A DNA stretch of 56,614 bases from Candidatus Polarisedimenticolaceae bacterium (GTDB taxonomy: Bacteria > Acidobacteriota > Polarisedimenticolia > Polarisedimenticolales > DASRJG01): contig DASRJG010000073.1 of the NCBI GenBank assembly GCA_035649595.1, positions 1 to 56,614 of the forward strand, given 5' to 3'. The translations under genes and the position numbers were made by a program. The notes under the pieces were generated by a model, which saw only the letters and a list, made by a program, of their open reading frames with translations, made no database searches and had not been told where the DNA came from. Below, piece by piece: positions 27,625 through 42,202 of the stretch (position 1 is its first letter; every line of letters starts with the position of its first letter).

Positions 27625-30132
27625 TCACTCCCCCGGATCGTCTTCGGCGCCCGCGGTGTCGTCGGGGTCCGGCGCGGTCGCCACGGGCGCGGACTTGCCC
27701 TCCTCCTCGCGCTCGGCCGTTCTGATGGCGGAGACGACCTGGTCCCCCTCCTCCATCTGGATGAGCCGGACGCCCTGCGTGGCGCGCCCGATCCGGCTGA
27801 TCCCCGACGCGTCCATGCGGATGATCTTCCCGTACGCGGTGATGAGCAGCATCTGGTCGTCGTCGGAGATCTCGGTCGCCCCGACGACGAGCCCGTTCCG
27901 CTCCGTCGTCCGGATGTTGATGATCCCGGAGCCGCCGCGCCCCTGCAGACGGTAGCCGCCGACCGCGGTGCGCTTTCCGTACCCGTTCGCGGTCAGCGAG
28001 AGGATGTCGGGCTTCCCGGAGAGGACCTCCATCTCGACCAGACGATCGTCCTGCGACATGCGGATGCCGATGACGCCGCGGGCGTTGCGCCCCATCGGAC
28101 GGACGTCCGTCTCCTTGAAGCGGATCGATTTGCCCTTGGCCGTCGCCATGAACACCTCGCAGTCGCCGTCCGAGAGGTCGACGCCCAGGACGTCGTCTCC
28201 CGGATCGAGCGTCAGCGCGATGATGCCGTTGGCCCGGACGTTGGCGAACGCCGAGAGCGGCGTCTTCTTGACGTACCCCTGACGCGAGGCCATGACGACG
28301 TACTTCCCCTCGGAGAATTCCCGCACGTTGAGCATCGCGCAGACCTTCTCCTCGGGGCCGATCTGGATCATGTTGACGACCGGACGCCCGCGCCCCGAGC
28401 TGGAGACGTCGGGAATCTCGTGGACCTTCAGCCAATACATCTTGCCGGAGGAGGTGAAGACCAGGATGTAGTCGTGCGTCGAGGCGACGAAGAGGTGCCG
28501 CACCGCGTCCTCGTCGCGCGTCGTCATGCCGATGCGGCCCTTGCCCCCGCGCCGCTGGGAGCGGTAGGTCGAGAGAGCGGTCCGCTTGATGTAGCCGGTG
28601 TGGCTGACCGTGATGACGACCTCCTCCTCCTGGATGAGGTCCTCGATCGAGATCTCCTCCGCGTGGGCGACGATCTCCGTGCGCCGGGGATCCCCGAACT
28701 CCTCCCGTAGCGCCATCAGCTCGTCCACCACGATCTGGAGCTGCATGCGCTCGCTCGCGAGGATCGCGCGCAGCTTCTCGATGAGCTTCAGCGTCTCCTC
28801 GTACTCGTCGACGATCTTCTGGCGCTCGAGCCCCGTCAGCCGCTGCAGGCGCATGTCTAGGATGGCCTGGGCCTGCGGGTCGGTGAAGTGGAAGCGCAGG
28901 CGCAGGGCCTCCTTCGCCTCGGGAGGGGTCTTGCTGCCCCGGATGATCGCGATCACCTCGTCCAGATGGTCGATCGCGATCTTGAGACCCTCGAGGATGT
29001 GGGCCCGCTCCTCGGCCTTCCGCAGATCGAACTGGGTCCGGCGGACGACGACCTCGCGCCGGAAGTCCACGAAATGGCGTAGCAGGCTCCTGAGCGGGAG
29101 CACCTGCGGGCGTCCGTGGACGATCGCGAGGTTGATCACGCCGAACGTCGACTGGAGCTTCGTGAACTTGTAGAGGTTGTTGAGCACGACGCCCGGGTTC
29201 TCGTCGCGCTTGAGCTCGAGGACCATGCGGATCCCGTCGCGGTCGGACTCGTCGCGGATGTCGGAGATCCCCTCGATCCGCTTGTCCCGGACGAGGCCGG
29301 CGATGTCCTCGATGAGCTGCGCCTTGTTCACCTGATAGGGAAGCTCGGTGACGACGATCGCCTGGCGATCCTTGCCGCGCGGCAGGTCCTCGATCGAGGC
29401 CCGTCCCCGCACGACGATGCGCCCGCGCCCGGTCTCGTAGGCGGACCGGATCCCCGCGACGCCGTAGATGAAGCCCGCCGTGGGGAAGTCGGGACCGGGC
29501 ATCGCCTTCATCAGCTCCGCGAGCTCGACGTCGGGATCCTCGACGATCAGCTTGATCGCGTCGACGACCTCGCGGAGGTTGTGGGGCGGGATGTTCGTGG
29601 CCATCCCCACAGCGATCCCCGACGAGCCGTTGACCAGCAGGTTGGGGAACGCGGCCGGAAGGACGAGCGGCTCCGTCTCGGCGCCGTCGTAGTTGGGCGC
29701 GAAGTCGACGGTCTCCTTCTCGATGTCGCGGAGCATCTCGTGCGCCAGCCTGTCGAGGCGGATCTCCGTGTAGCGCATCGCCGCCGCGGGGTCGCCGTCC
29801 ACCGAGCCGAAGTTCCCCTGCCCGTCGACGAGCGGATAGCGCATCGAGAAGTCCTGCGCGAGCCGCACGATCGTGTCGTAGACCGCTTGATCCCCGTGAG
29901 GGTGATACTTGCCGATGACCGTTCCGACGGTGCGCGCGGACTTCTTGTAGGGCTTGTCCGCGGTGTTCCCGGTCTCGTGCATCGCGTACAGCACGCGGCG
30001 ATGCACCGGCTTCAGCCCGTCGCGAACGTCCGGGAGCGCCCGCCCGATGATCACGCTCATCGCGTAGTCGAGGTAGGAGCGGCGCATCTCCTCCTCGATG
30101 TTGATCGGCTGCCTGCTCTCCGCCTCGCTCAT
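27625..30132 (-). CDS. gyrA: DNA gyrase subunit A
   Basis: 835-aa ORF with ..[14 protein letters not shown].. and the active-site region ..AAMRYTE.., plus C-terminal beta-pinwheel repeats. Confidence 0.97.
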   Translation of the reverse strand: MSEAESRQPINIEEEMRRSYLDYAMSVIIGRALPDVRDGLKPVHRRVLYAMHETGNTADKPYKKSARTVGTVIGKYHPHGDQAVYDTIVRLAQDFSMRYPLVDGQGNFGSVDGDPAAAMRYTEIRLDRLAHEMLRDIEKETVDFAPNYDGAETEPLVLPAAFPNLLVNGSSGIAVGMATNIPPHNLREVVDAIKLIVEDPDVELAELMKAMPGPDFPTAGFIYGVAGIRSAYETGRGRIVVRGRASIEDLPRGKDRQAIVVTELPYQVNKAQLIEDIAGLVRDKRIEGISDIRDESDRDGIRMVLELKRDENPGVVLNNLYKFTKLQSTFGVINLAIVHGRPQVLPLRSLLRHFVDFRREVVVRRTQFDLRKAEERAHILEGLKIAIDHLDEVIAIIRGSKTPPEAKEALRLRFHFTDPQAQAILDMRLQRLTGLERQKIVDEYEETLKLIEKLRAILASERMQLQIVVDELMALREEFGDPRRTEIVAHAEEISIEDLIQEEEVVITVSHTGYIKRTALSTYRSQRRGGKGRIGMTTRDEDAVRHLFVASTHDYILVFTSSGKMYWLKVHEIPDVSSSGRGRPVVNMIQIGPEEKVCAMLNVREFSEGKYVVMASRQGYVKKTPLSAFANVRANGIIALTLDPGDDVLGVDLSDGDCEVFMATAKGKSIRFKETDVRPMGRNARGVIGIRMSQDDRLVEMEVLSGKPDILSLTANGYGKRTAVGGYRLQGRGGSGIINIRTTERNGLVVGATEISDDDQMLLITAYGKIIRMDASGISRIGRATQGVRLIQMEEGDQVVSAIRTAEREEEGKSAPVATAPDPDDTAGAEDDPGE

Positions 30133-30144
30133 GGTCGCCCCGTG

Positions 30145-33878
<3,734 letters not shown>

Positions 33879-34004
33879 GGTGTCCTCGTTCCCGTCCTCG
33901 AAATCCTCGGATACTCTCCAGGGAGAGAGAATCAGCAGTAGTTATCGTAGCCGAGTCCGACCTGCGGATCCCGCGCGAAAGTCAACCGCTCCAATCGCTT
34001 GCGC

Positions 34005-34120
34005 TGTGGACTCCCTCGCGGATCGTCCCGCGCCTCACGACGACGCCGGCTCTGAATCCGCCGCCAACCTCCCCATGCAGCGGCATCCACAGGCGATCCA
34101 CGCGGAGTGCGTGTGGAAAA
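34005..34120. promoter_or_regulatory. cluster of DnaA-box-like 9-mers in the dnaA-dnaN intergenic region (oriC candidate)
   Basis: TGTGGACTC (34005-34013), GCATCCACA (34083-34091), CGATCCACG (34094-34102) and TGTGGAAAA (34112-34120). A modestly AT-richer stretch lies at 33930-33950. Confidence 0.5.
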
Positions 34121-34128
34121 CCGCGGTG

Positions 34129-35505
34129 TCAGTGGAGCAGCTGGACGAAGCTGTCGACCAGCCTATCGAAATCCTTCTCCCTCGTTCGCTTGTGCTCGAT
34201 CTTCTGTATCGCATGGATCACGGTGGAGTGATGCTTCCCCCCGAAGCGCTTGCCGATCTCCGGAAGCGAGCACTCCGTCATGTGCTTGCAGAGGTACATC
34301 GCGATCTGCCGCGGGAACGCGATCTGCTGGCTGTTGTTCTTCGATTTCAGCTCCGCAACCCGAAGATTGTAGTGGTTCGCGACGAGCTTCTGGATGCTCT
34401 CGACCGTGACGGCCGCCGATTCGGGGACGAGGAGATCCTTCAGGGTCTCCTTCGCGTAGTCGAGCGTCAGCTCCCGTCCCGAGACCGATGCGTAGGCCAC
34501 GACGCGGATCAGGGCGCCTTCGAGCTCGCGGATGTTCGACTTGCTGTTCGTGGCGATGAACAGGGCGACATCGTCCGGGAGATTCGCACCTTCCGCCTCG
34601 GCCTTCTTGCGCAGGATCGCGATCTTGGTCTCCAGGTCGGGGGGCTGGATATCCGCGATCAATCCCCACTCGAAGCGGGACCGGAGGCGGTCCTCGAGCG
34701 TCGGAATCTCCCGCGGCGGACAATCGCTCGTGATCACGATCTGCTTCTGCGCGTCGTAGAGGGCGTTGAACGTGTGGAAGAACTCCTCCTGCGTACGCTC
34801 TTTCCCGGCGAGGAACTGGATGTCGTCGATCAGGAGCAGATCGACGTTCCGGTGCTTCTCCTTGAACTCGTGCGTCCGCTCGAAGCGGATCGCGTTGATC
34901 AGCTCGTTCATGAACTGTTCCGTCGAGAGATAGCGCATGCGCGCCGTGCCCCGCTGGGTGAGCCGGTTCCCGATGGCTTGCATCAGGTGGGTCTTTCCGA
35001 GGCCGACCCCTCCGTACACGTAGAGCGGATTGTAGGCGCGCGACGGCTGCTCTGCGACGGCGTTGGCGGCCGCGTGGGCGAATTGGTTGCACGAGGACAC
35101 GACGAACTTCTCGAACGTGTAGCGCGGGTTCAACCAGCCCGCGAGCTCGTCGGAGGAGACGACGGGCTGCGGCGTCCCGATCGCGGCCCTGGGCGCCCGG
35201 CGGGGGGGCGGCGTAGAGGGCCCATTTCCCGTGGAGGGAGAGGCTTTAGAGCCGGGGTCGTGGACGAACTCGACCGAGACACCGGGGCGCTCGACCTCGT
35301 CGAGCGCTTCTTGGATGACCGGCAGATAGTTCGTCCGCAGCCACTCCGCGAACCAGGAGTTGGGAACCCGGACTCGGAGGCTCGCCGCGTCCTCGGAAAC
35401 CAGATGCGTGGGTTGGAACCACGTTTTGAACGAGTGGGCATTGACGCGCGCCTCGATACGTCGCAGGGCGCGGTCCCAAATGTTCCTATTCGGGTATTGC
35501 TCCAT
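34129..35505 (-). CDS. dnaA: chromosomal replication initiator protein DnaA
   Basis: Start chosen at MEQYPNRNIWDRAL (ATG 35505). AAA+ Walker A GGVGLGKTHL and the C-terminal DNA-binding domain (..IAFPRQIAMYLCK..SLPEIGKRFGGKHHSTVIHA..). Confidence 0.96.
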   Translation of the reverse strand: MEQYPNRNIWDRALRRIEARVNAHSFKTWFQPTHLVSEDAASLRVRVPNSWFAEWLRTNYLPVIQEALDEVERPGVSVEFVHDPGSKASPSTGNGPSTPPPRRAPRAAIGTPQPVVSSDELAGWLNPRYTFEKFVVSSCNQFAHAAANAVAEQPSRAYNPLYVYGGVGLGKTHLMQAIGNRLTQRGTARMRYLSTEQFMNELINAIRFERTHEFKEKHRNVDLLLIDDIQFLAGKERTQEEFFHTFNALYDAQKQIVITSDCPPREIPTLEDRLRSRFEWGLIADIQPPDLETKIAILRKKAEAEGANLPDDVALFIATNSKSNIRELEGALIRVVAYASVSGRELTLDYAKETLKDLLVPESAAVTVESIQKLVANHYNLRVAELKSKNNSQQIAFPRQIAMYLCKHMTECSLPEIGKRFGGKHHSTVIHAIQKIEHKRTREKDFDRLVDSFVQLLH

Positions 35506-35540
35506 GACCCCCTGCCGCCCAGCGCCTAGTCGTTCACAGG

Positions 35541-35560
35541 TTTTCCACACCTGTGGAAAA
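35541..35560. promoter_or_regulatory. inverted pair of DnaA boxes TTTTCCACA-cc-TGTGGAAAA upstream of dnaA
   Basis: A perfect 20-bp palindrome seen about 36 bp upstream of the dnaA start. It fits autoregulation or part of oriC. Confidence 0.6.
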
Positions 35561-35859
35561 AGAGAAACCGCTTCAAGGCACCCCTGGATCCGAAGGTTCG
35601 AGAGGCGAGCTGGGAGAAGGGACCGGAGTCTCGTACGGGCGGTGGGAAGAGGAGTCGCGCGTGATCATGGATGAGTGCACGATGAGACGGAAACGTAGGA
35701 GTGCCGACACGGCGGCACACGGTGGCGACTCCGAACCGCGAGCTGTGTGATGGTCTACCTCGACTCTCGACGACCGACCCGCGGCGAGGCTACCACAGCG
35801 CGTCGGCGGGTTTCAATCACGACGAAGAGGGACGCGCGATGCGCCGGCGGGCCGGTCGC

Positions 35860-35888
35860 TTGACACTCGCGCGCGCGTTCCCTAGACT
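35860..35888 (+). promoter_or_regulatory. candidate sigma-70 promoter of rpmH (TTGACA-17 nt-TAGACT)
   Basis: Motif match about 37 nt upstream of the rpmH ATG. Confidence 0.55.
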
Positions 35889-35924
35889 GGCGGCTTTGAT
35901 TTCGAGGATTGGGGAACCAGGCCG

Positions 35925-36059
35925 ATGAAGCGCACCTTCCAGCCGAACAATCGCCGTCGGAAAAAGACGCACGGGTTCCGCGCGCGTATGAGCACGAAGG
36001 GAGGGCGTCTTGTCCTGTCCCGGCGCCGCGCGAAAGGGCGCAAGCGTCTCGCGCTCTGA
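35925..36059 (+). CDS. rpmH: 50S ribosomal protein L34
   Basis: Not in the ORF track (44 aa). Hand translation gives [44 protein letters not shown], the canonical bL34 sequence. Confidence 0.97.
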   Translation: MKRTFQPNNRRRKKTHGFRARMSTKGGRLVLSRRRAKGRKRLAL

Positions 36060-36423
36060 CCCGGACGCGGCGGGTCGCGACTTCCGCCGCGGCTCGCGCA
36101 TCTGCGGTCGTCGGCAGTTCCTCGAAATCTACCAGCACGGACAGCGCGTGAACGGCTCCTACTTCGTCCTGTTCGGGTTGCCGGGGCGCGCCGCGACCGC
36201 GCGCCTGGGGATCACGGCGACCCGCAAGTTCGGCGGAGCGGTCGCGCGCAATCGCATCAAGCGCATCGTGAGGGAGATCTTCCGCCATCGAATCCGCGAG
36301 CGCGCCACCCCGATCGATCTCGTCGTCAACGTCAAGACGACCGCTCGCGATGCGACGTTCGCGCGTCTCGAGGAGGACTTCGTGATGCGCCTGCGCGAGC
36401 TCGCCCGTAGGATGGGTGCATGA
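36010..36423 (+). CDS. rnpA: RNase P protein component
   Basis: ..[47 protein letters not shown].. is typical of RnpA. The only in-frame ATG/GTG/TTG start is ATG 36010, which lies inside rpmH (50-nt overlap). Confidence 0.85.
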   Translation: MSCPGAARKGASVSRSDPDAAGRDFRRGSRICGRRQFLEIYQHGQRVNGSYFVLFGLPGRAATARLGITATRKFGGAVARNRIKRIVREIFRHRIRERATPIDLVVNVKTTARDATFARLEEDFVMRLRELARRMGA

Positions 36424-36668
36424 CGCCGCGAGCCGCGCTGGCCGGGCTGCTCCGGGCCTACAAGCGGTTCCTCTCCCCCCTCCTTCCGCCGGCCTGCCGG
36501 TTCCAGCCGACGTGCTCCGAGTACGCCGTCGAGGCCGTGGAGACCCACGGCGCCGTCAAAGGGGCCGCGCTCGCCTCGCGTCGGCTGCTTCGTTGTCACC
36601 CGTGGAGCGCCGGAGGATTCGATCCCGTACCCCCGTCCACGATCTCCTCGCGTTTGACGCGCGACTGA
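36420..36668 (+). CDS. yidD: membrane protein insertion efficiency factor YidD
   Basis: 82-aa ORF, ..[26 protein letters not shown]...[18 protein letters not shown] overlap with rnpA. Confidence 0.93.
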   Translation: MTPRAALAGLLRAYKRFLSPLLPPACRFQPTCSEYAVEAVETHGAVKGAALASRRLLRCHPWSAGGFDPVPPSTISSRLTRD

Positions 36669-36683
36669 GCGCAGGGGTCGCCG

Positions 36684-38372
36684 ATGGAAAAACGGATGGT
36701 CGCCGCGTTCGCGCTGTCGATCCTGATCCTGATCGGATGGTCGATCCTCGCGAAGAAGCTCTTTCCGCAGCCGGAGCCTCCCGTCCCCCCCGCGGCCCCC
36801 GCCGCGGTCGAGGGTGACCGGGCGGCCGAGCCGATCCCGCCGGCCGAGCCGGTGCCGCAGCGGCCTGCGGTGGCCGCGACGTCCGCCGCTTCGGAGCAGG
36901 AGATTCGCCTGGAGCTGGATTCCGTGCAGGTCGTCCTCACCAACCGGGGCGGGCGCGTGCGCTCCTGGCGGCTCAAGGGCTACGACACCGCCGGCCGCCC
37001 GGTCGACTTCGTGAGCGACGCCGCGAGACGGAACGACGTCCTGCCGCTCGCCTTGAGCTTCGACGACCGAGGAGTCCTCCCCGGCGTGAACCACGCGCTG
37101 TTCGACGTGACGCGCGCGGACGAGCCGGGTGGAGGCGCGCGCGTCGAGTTTCGCTGGGCCGACGGCGCGGGCGGCTCGGTCTCGAAGACGTTCGTGTTCC
37201 ATTCGGACGCGAAGCTCGTGGACGTCCGCATCGACGCGTCGGACCACGGCCGGAAGGTCACGCCCCATCTGGTCTGGGCGCCCGGTCTCGAGCTCGAGGA
37301 CCCGAACCAGCGCTCAAACACCTATTACAACGGCCAGGCGCTCGTCTACGACGGAACGCAAGTGACTCGCATTCCGCGGCGGAGGATCGACACCGCGGTG
37401 GCCGTCCCCGAGTCGGCGAGCGTGGTGTGGGCGGGGCTCGAGGACCAGTACTTCACGGCGCTGATGTTGCCCGAGGGGTCGCGCGCCGCGGTGACGATCG
37501 CTCCGCTCGCGCAGAGCGGGCTCGCGGCCAAGGGGCAGACCTTGCCGGAAGCGGTCGCGTCCGCTCCCACGATCGCGGTCTCCCTCCCCGAGGGAGCGAC
37601 GCAGCTCTTCGTGGGTCCGAAGGACTTCGGCGTCCTCTCGTCGTTGGGGCACGGGCTGGAGAAGGCCGTCTGGTTCTCCAGCTACCGGCTGATCTATGCC
37701 TGCGCGAAGCCCGTGTTCCTCGCGCTCCGGTTCGTGCACGACCACTGGGTCGAGAACTACGGCGTCGCGATCGTGATCCTCACGATCGGGCTTCGGCTGC
37801 TGCTCTTCCCGCTGAACCAGTTCTCGATGGTCCGCATGCGGAAGGTCGCGGGAGAGATGCAGCGGATCCAGCCGAAGCTCAAGCAGATCCAGGCCAAGTA
37901 CAAGAAGAGCAAGGACGCGGACGGGCGCGCGAAGATGAACGCCGAGACCATGGAGATGTACAAGCGGGAAGGGGTGAACCCCTTCGGCGGCGTCTCAGGT
38001 TGTCTTCCTCTCTTCATCCAGATGCCGATCCTCTGGGCGTTCTTCGACGTGCTGACGGCGACCGTCGAGCTCCGCGGGGCGCCGTTCTTCGGCTGGATCC
38101 GCGACCTGACGCATCCGGATCCGTTCTGGATCACGCCGATCCTCATGGGTGCGTCGATGTTCGTGCAGCAGAAGATGACGCCCACCGCGAATGTCGATCC
38201 GGCGCAGCAGCGCGTGATGCTCTTCATGCCCGTGATCTTCACGGTGATGTTCGGCTCGCTCCCGAGCGGCCTCGTGCTCTACTACTTCGTGAACAACGTG
38301 CTGGGGATCGGGCAGCAGTGGCTGGTCAATCGGCACATCGCCAAGCTGGAAGCGGCACCGTCCAAGGCGTGA
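36684..38372 (+). CDS. yidC: membrane protein insertase YidC
   Basis: 562-aa ORF with a large periplasmic domain and a conserved C-terminal 5-TM core (..ILTIGLRLLLFPL....MQRIQPKLKQIQAKYK..). Confidence 0.95.
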   Translation: MEKRMVAAFALSILILIGWSILAKKLFPQPEPPVPPAAPAAVEGDRAAEPIPPAEPVPQRPAVAATSAASEQEIRLELDSVQVVLTNRGGRVRSWRLKGYDTAGRPVDFVSDAARRNDVLPLALSFDDRGVLPGVNHALFDVTRADEPGGGARVEFRWADGAGGSVSKTFVFHSDAKLVDVRIDASDHGRKVTPHLVWAPGLELEDPNQRSNTYYNGQALVYDGTQVTRIPRRRIDTAVAVPESASVVWAGLEDQYFTALMLPEGSRAAVTIAPLAQSGLAAKGQTLPEAVASAPTIAVSLPEGATQLFVGPKDFGVLSSLGHGLEKAVWFSSYRLIYACAKPVFLALRFVHDHWVENYGVAIVILTIGLRLLLFPLNQFSMVRMRKVAGEMQRIQPKLKQIQAKYKKSKDADGRAKMNAETMEMYKREGVNPFGGVSGCLPLFIQMPILWAFFDVLTATVELRGAPFFGWIRDLTHPDPFWITPILMGASMFVQQKMTPTANVDPAQQRVMLFMPVIFTVMFGSLPSGLVLYYFVNNVLGIGQQWLVNRHIAKLEAAPSKA

Positions 38373-39025
38373 TGGGGCGCATGGAATTCGACGGCAAGGA
38401 TCTCGACGAGGCGCTGGCCGCCGCTGCGGCCGCCCTCGGACGACCGGCTGCCGAGATGGACTACGAGCTCGTCGAAGGAGGCCGGAAGGGGGTCTTCGGG
38501 CTCGGGGCACGGCCGGTCCGGATTCGGGTGACGTCCCCGTCCCTGGGACCTCCTCCGGCCGCGCCGGCGGGGGCTCCGGCCCGAAGCGCGCCCGCGGTGG
38601 CGCTGGAGGATCTGTTCGCGCGGATGCGATTCGAGCTGTCGGTGACGGAAACCCGCCGCAATGGCGCGCTCGAGCTCACGCTCGACGGCGCCGACGCGAG
38701 CCGCCTGACCGCCCGGGACGGCGAGCTGCTGGGAGCCGTCGAATTCGTCCTGAACCGGATGGGGCGCCGCATGTGGCCGGCCGAGTCGAACGTACGACTC
38801 GCCTGCCCCGGCTTCCGGCGGGAGCGGGACGGAGGGTTGATCGAGCAGGTCCGTGAGCTCGCGGCCCGCGTCGCGGAATCGGGTCAACCACGCCGTCTTC
38901 GCGAGATGAACCCCTACGAGCGCCGGGTGGTCCACGTGACCGTGCGTGAATTCGCGGGGCTGACGACCGTCTCCGAAGGCAACGGCTTCCTGAAACGAGT
39001 GCGCATCGAGAAGATCGCCCCGTAG
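38372..39025 (+). CDS. jag: Jag/KhpB-type RNA-binding protein (Jag_N, KH-like and R3H domains)
   Basis: The real start MGRMEFDGKDLDEAL (ATG 38372) overlaps the yidC stop by 1 nt. C-terminal R3H-type ..MNPYERRVVHVTV.....TVSEGNG..KRV.I. Confidence 0.85.
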   Translation: MGRMEFDGKDLDEALAAAAAALGRPAAEMDYELVEGGRKGVFGLGARPVRIRVTSPSLGPPPAAPAGAPARSAPAVALEDLFARMRFELSVTETRRNGALELTLDGADASRLTARDGELLGAVEFVLNRMGRRMWPAESNVRLACPGFRRERDGGLIEQVRELAARVAESGQPRRLREMNPYERRVVHVTVREFAGLTTVSEGNGFLKRVRIEKIAP

Positions 39026-39034
39026 GCCTCGCGC

Positions 39035-40393
39035 GTGCACGATCTCTCGACGACCCTCGCGGCGGTGGCGTCCGCTCCGGGGCGCGGCGGCGTGGCCTGC
39101 ATCCGAGTGTCGGGTCCCGATGCGTACCGGGTCGCCGCCGGCCTGTTTCGATCCAAGCGGCATTACGAGCTGCCCGGCGACGGCCGACCCCTCTTCGGAT
39201 CGTTCGTCGGCACGGACAGCGCGGCGCTCGATCACGGCTTCCTCGTCGCGTTCACGCCCGGCCGCGCGTTCACCGGGGAGCCGACCGTCGAGCTATGGAC
39301 TCACGGAAGCCCCCCGGTTCTCCAAGCGCTCTTGCGGGTCGCCGTGGCGCTCGGCGCGACGCTCGCAGGGCCGGGAGAGTTCACGTACCGCGCGCTGCGG
39401 CACGGCCGCCTGGACCTCCCCCGCGCGGAGGCGATCCGCGACTTGATCGACGCCCGTACGATTCACCAGGCACGGATGGCGCTGGCCCAGGCCGAGGGTG
39501 CTCTTTCCCGCCGGCTCGGCCCCCTGAGGGAGGCCCTGATCGATCTCGCCGCGAGAGGCGAGGCCGCGGTCGAGTTCGCCGACGAGTCGGAGACCCATCT
39601 CGAAGACGGCGCGTTCCGGAAAGGCGTCGGCACCGCCCTTCACGCGGCGCGATCGCTGCTGGAAGAGGGGCGCCGGGGACGGGTTATCCGCGACGGCGCC
39701 CGCGTGGTTCTGGCCGGGGTGACGAACGTCGGCAAGTCGTCGATCTTCAACCGTCTCGTGGGGCGCGACCGGGCGATCGTCTCGTCGGCTCCGGGGACCA
39801 CGCGGGACACTCTCGAGGAGACGATCGACGTCGCGGGCATCCCCGTGACCCTCGTCGATACGGCTGGACGACGAGCCTCGGACGATGCGATCGAGTCGGA
39901 AGGGATGAGGCGCGCACGAGCCGCCGCCGGCACGGCCGACATGCTGATCCGGGTGATCGACGCGACCCGTCCTCTCACCGCGGACGAGGAGGACGATCTG
40001 CGGGGCGATGCAGCCGCGGCCGTGCCGGTGATCGTCGTCGTCAACAAGATCGATGCGGCGCCGGCGCGCGAGCCCATCGCCGCTCCACCCGGTGCGATCC
40101 CGCTCTCGGCGGCCGACGGAGAGGGGTTTCCGTCGCTCTGCGAAGCGATCGTCAGGGGACTCGCCGGCGCTCCCACGCTCGAACAGCCGCTGGTCAGCAG
40201 CGCGCGACATCTCGCGTCGCTGGATACGATCGTGACCTCCCTCGCGGCCGCGCGCGAGTCGGCAGGTCTCGGCGTGGAGCTCGCCCTCGAAGACGTGCGC
40301 TCGGCGCTCTCGGAGCTGGACGAGCTGATCGGGCGCGTCGGGGGGGACGATCTGTATGATCGGATCTTCAGCACGTTCTGCATCGGAAAGTAG
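39035..40393 (+). CDS. mnmE: tRNA modification GTPase MnmE
   Basis: 452-aa ORF with a GTG start. G-domain GVTNVGKSSIFN.., DTAG, NKID, and the C-terminal FCIGK motif. Confidence 0.95.
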   Translation: MHDLSTTLAAVASAPGRGGVACIRVSGPDAYRVAAGLFRSKRHYELPGDGRPLFGSFVGTDSAALDHGFLVAFTPGRAFTGEPTVELWTHGSPPVLQALLRVAVALGATLAGPGEFTYRALRHGRLDLPRAEAIRDLIDARTIHQARMALAQAEGALSRRLGPLREALIDLAARGEAAVEFADESETHLEDGAFRKGVGTALHAARSLLEEGRRGRVIRDGARVVLAGVTNVGKSSIFNRLVGRDRAIVSSAPGTTRDTLEETIDVAGIPVTLVDTAGRRASDDAIESEGMRRARAAAGTADMLIRVIDATRPLTADEEDDLRGDAAAAVPVIVVVNKIDAAPAREPIAAPPGAIPLSAADGEGFPSLCEAIVRGLAGAPTLEQPLVSSARHLASLDTIVTSLAAARESAGLGVELALEDVRSALSELDELIGRVGGDDLYDRIFSTFCIGK

Positions 40394-40396
40394 CGC

Positions 40397-42202
40397 ATGA
40401 GGTCCTTCGACGTCGCGGTGGTGGGCGCAGGTCACGCCGGCTGCGAAGCCGCGCTGGCGGCGGCGCGGATGGGACGCTCGGTCGCGCTCGTGACCTTGAA
40501 ACGAGAATCCGTGGCGCGCATGTCGTGCAATCCCGCGATCGGGGGTTTGGCCAAGGGGCATCTCGTTCGAGAGATCGATGCGCTCGGCGGGACCATGGGG
40601 CGGGTCGCGGACGCTTGCGGGATCCAGTTCAGGCTCCTCAATCGAAGCCGCGGCCCGGCGGTGCGCGGACCACGCGCTCAGCAGGACAAGGATCTGTATC
40701 ACCGAGCGATGCTCGCGGAGGTCGAAAGCTGCGAACGACTGGCTCTCGTGGAGGGCGAGGTCACCGGGTTCGTCGTGAATCGCGGCCGGATCCTCGGCCT
40801 GCGTCTTTCCGGCGGGCTCGAGCTGTCCGCGGCGGCCGTCGTCGTGACGACCGGGACGTTCCTTCGCGGACTGCTCCACGTGGGTCTGTCGTGCGCCCCG
40901 GGCGGCCGCCACGGCGAGCCTCCCTCCGTCTCGCTCTCCGGTGAGCTGTCCGCATTGGGGTTCCGGCTGGGACGGTTCAAGACCGGTACCCCGCCGCGCC
41001 TGTCGCGGGCGAGCGTCGATCTCTCTCGGTTCGAGGAGCAGCCAGGCGATGCATGCCCGACGTTCTTCTCCGAGGACACGACCGCGCCCGCACTGCCCCA
41101 GGTCAGCTGTCGGATCGCGTACACCAACGAAAACGTTCATCGCGCCGTCCGATCCAATCTCGACCGGTCTCCGTTGTTCACCGGCGCCATCGAAGGGCGC
41201 GGGCCGAGGTATTGCCCATCTCTCGAGGACAAGGTCGTACGCTTCGCCGATCGGGAGCGGCACCAGCTTTTCCTCGAGCCGGAGGGGCTGGAGTCGCCCC
41301 TGCTCTACGTCAATGGCTTCTCGACGTCGCTTCCCCCGGAGGTGCAGGAATCGATGGTGCACGCCGTCGCCGGGCTGGAGGACGCGATCGTCGTCCGGCC
41401 CGGCTACGCGGTCGAGTACGATTACGTCGATCCCACGGAGCTCGAGCCGACCCTGGAGACGAAGCGGATCCGGGGGTTGTTCCTCGCCGGCCAGATCAAC
41501 GGCACGACGGGATATGAAGAGGCGGCGGGGCTGGGACTGATCGCCGGGATCAACGCGGCGCTCACCGCGGCGGGAGAGCCTTCGCTCGTCCTGGGCCGGG
41601 AGGAGGCCTATCTCGGAGTCCTGGTGGACGACTTGGTGACGCGCGGCACCAGCGAGCCGTACCGGCTGTTCACGTCGCGCGCCGAATACCGGTTGCTGCT
41701 CGGCGTGGACACGGCGTCGAAGCGTCTTTGCGGCCACGGCGCGAGGATCGGCCTCCTGGATACGAGCCGCGCGGCGCGATCGACCGATCGGTGGGGTGCG
41801 ATCGATGCCGCCGTGCGCGCGATCACCGAATCCGACACCGCGACCGCCCAAGCGCTCCGGAAGCCGGACACCGATCTCGAGGCCGTCGCGAACGGGGAAC
41901 CCCTGATGGCACGCCTCGATGGGCGCGATCGTCGTATCGTCGGCGAGACCGTGCGCTTCGAGGGATACGTCGCCCGACAGCAACGGCTGGCCGAGCGTGT
42001 GAAGCGTTCGGGAGCGCTTCGGATCCCCGAGACGCTCGTGTTCCGGACGCTTCCGGGTCTCTCCCGTGAGCTCGTCGAGAAGCTCGACGCCATCAGGCCC
42101 GACACCGTCGGCCGCGCGGCACGGATCGACGGCATGACTCCCGCCGCCCTGGCCTTGCTGACGGTGCATATCGAGAGCGCGCGGTCGGGACAGGACGGGT
42201 GA
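40397..42202 (+). CDS. mnmG: tRNA uridine 5-carboxymethylaminomethyl modification enzyme MnmG (GidA)
   Basis: 601-aa ORF with the FAD motif [12 protein letters not shown] and a family-typical sequence throughout. Confidence 0.96.
   Translation: MRSFDVAVVGAGHAGCEAALAAARMGRSVALVTLKRESVARMSCNPAIGGLAKGHLVREIDALGGTMGRVADACGIQFRLLNRSRGPAVRGPRAQQDKDLYHRAMLAEVESCERLALVEGEVTGFVVNRGRILGLRLSGGLELSAAAVVVTTGTFLRGLLHVGLSCAPGGRHGEPPSVSLSGELSALGFRLGRFKTGTPPRLSRASVDLSRFEEQPGDACPTFFSEDTTAPALPQVSCRIAYTNENVHRAVRSNLDRSPLFTGAIEGRGPRYCPSLEDKVVRFADRERHQLFLEPEGLESPLLYVNGFSTSLPPEVQESMVHAVAGLEDAIVVRPGYAVEYDYVDPTELEPTLETKRIRGLFLAGQINGTTGYEEAAGLGLIAGINAALTAAGEPSLVLGREEAYLGVLVDDLVTRGTSEPYRLFTSRAEYRLLLGVDTASKRLCGHGARIGLLDTSRAARSTDRWGAIDAAVRAITESDTATAQALRKPDTDLEAVANGEPLMARLDGRDRRIVGETVRFEGYVARQQRLAERVKRSGALRIPETLVFRTLPGLSRELVEKLDAIRPDTVGRAARIDGMTPAALALLTVHIESARSGQDG

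Noticed and set aside
38928-38943. A second parS-like sequence, TGGTCCACGTGACCGT, inside jag.
   Set aside because: It has only about 12 of 16 matches to the parS consensus, with the outer arms not conserved, and it lies within coding sequence. A CACGTG core alone is too common in GC-rich DNA.
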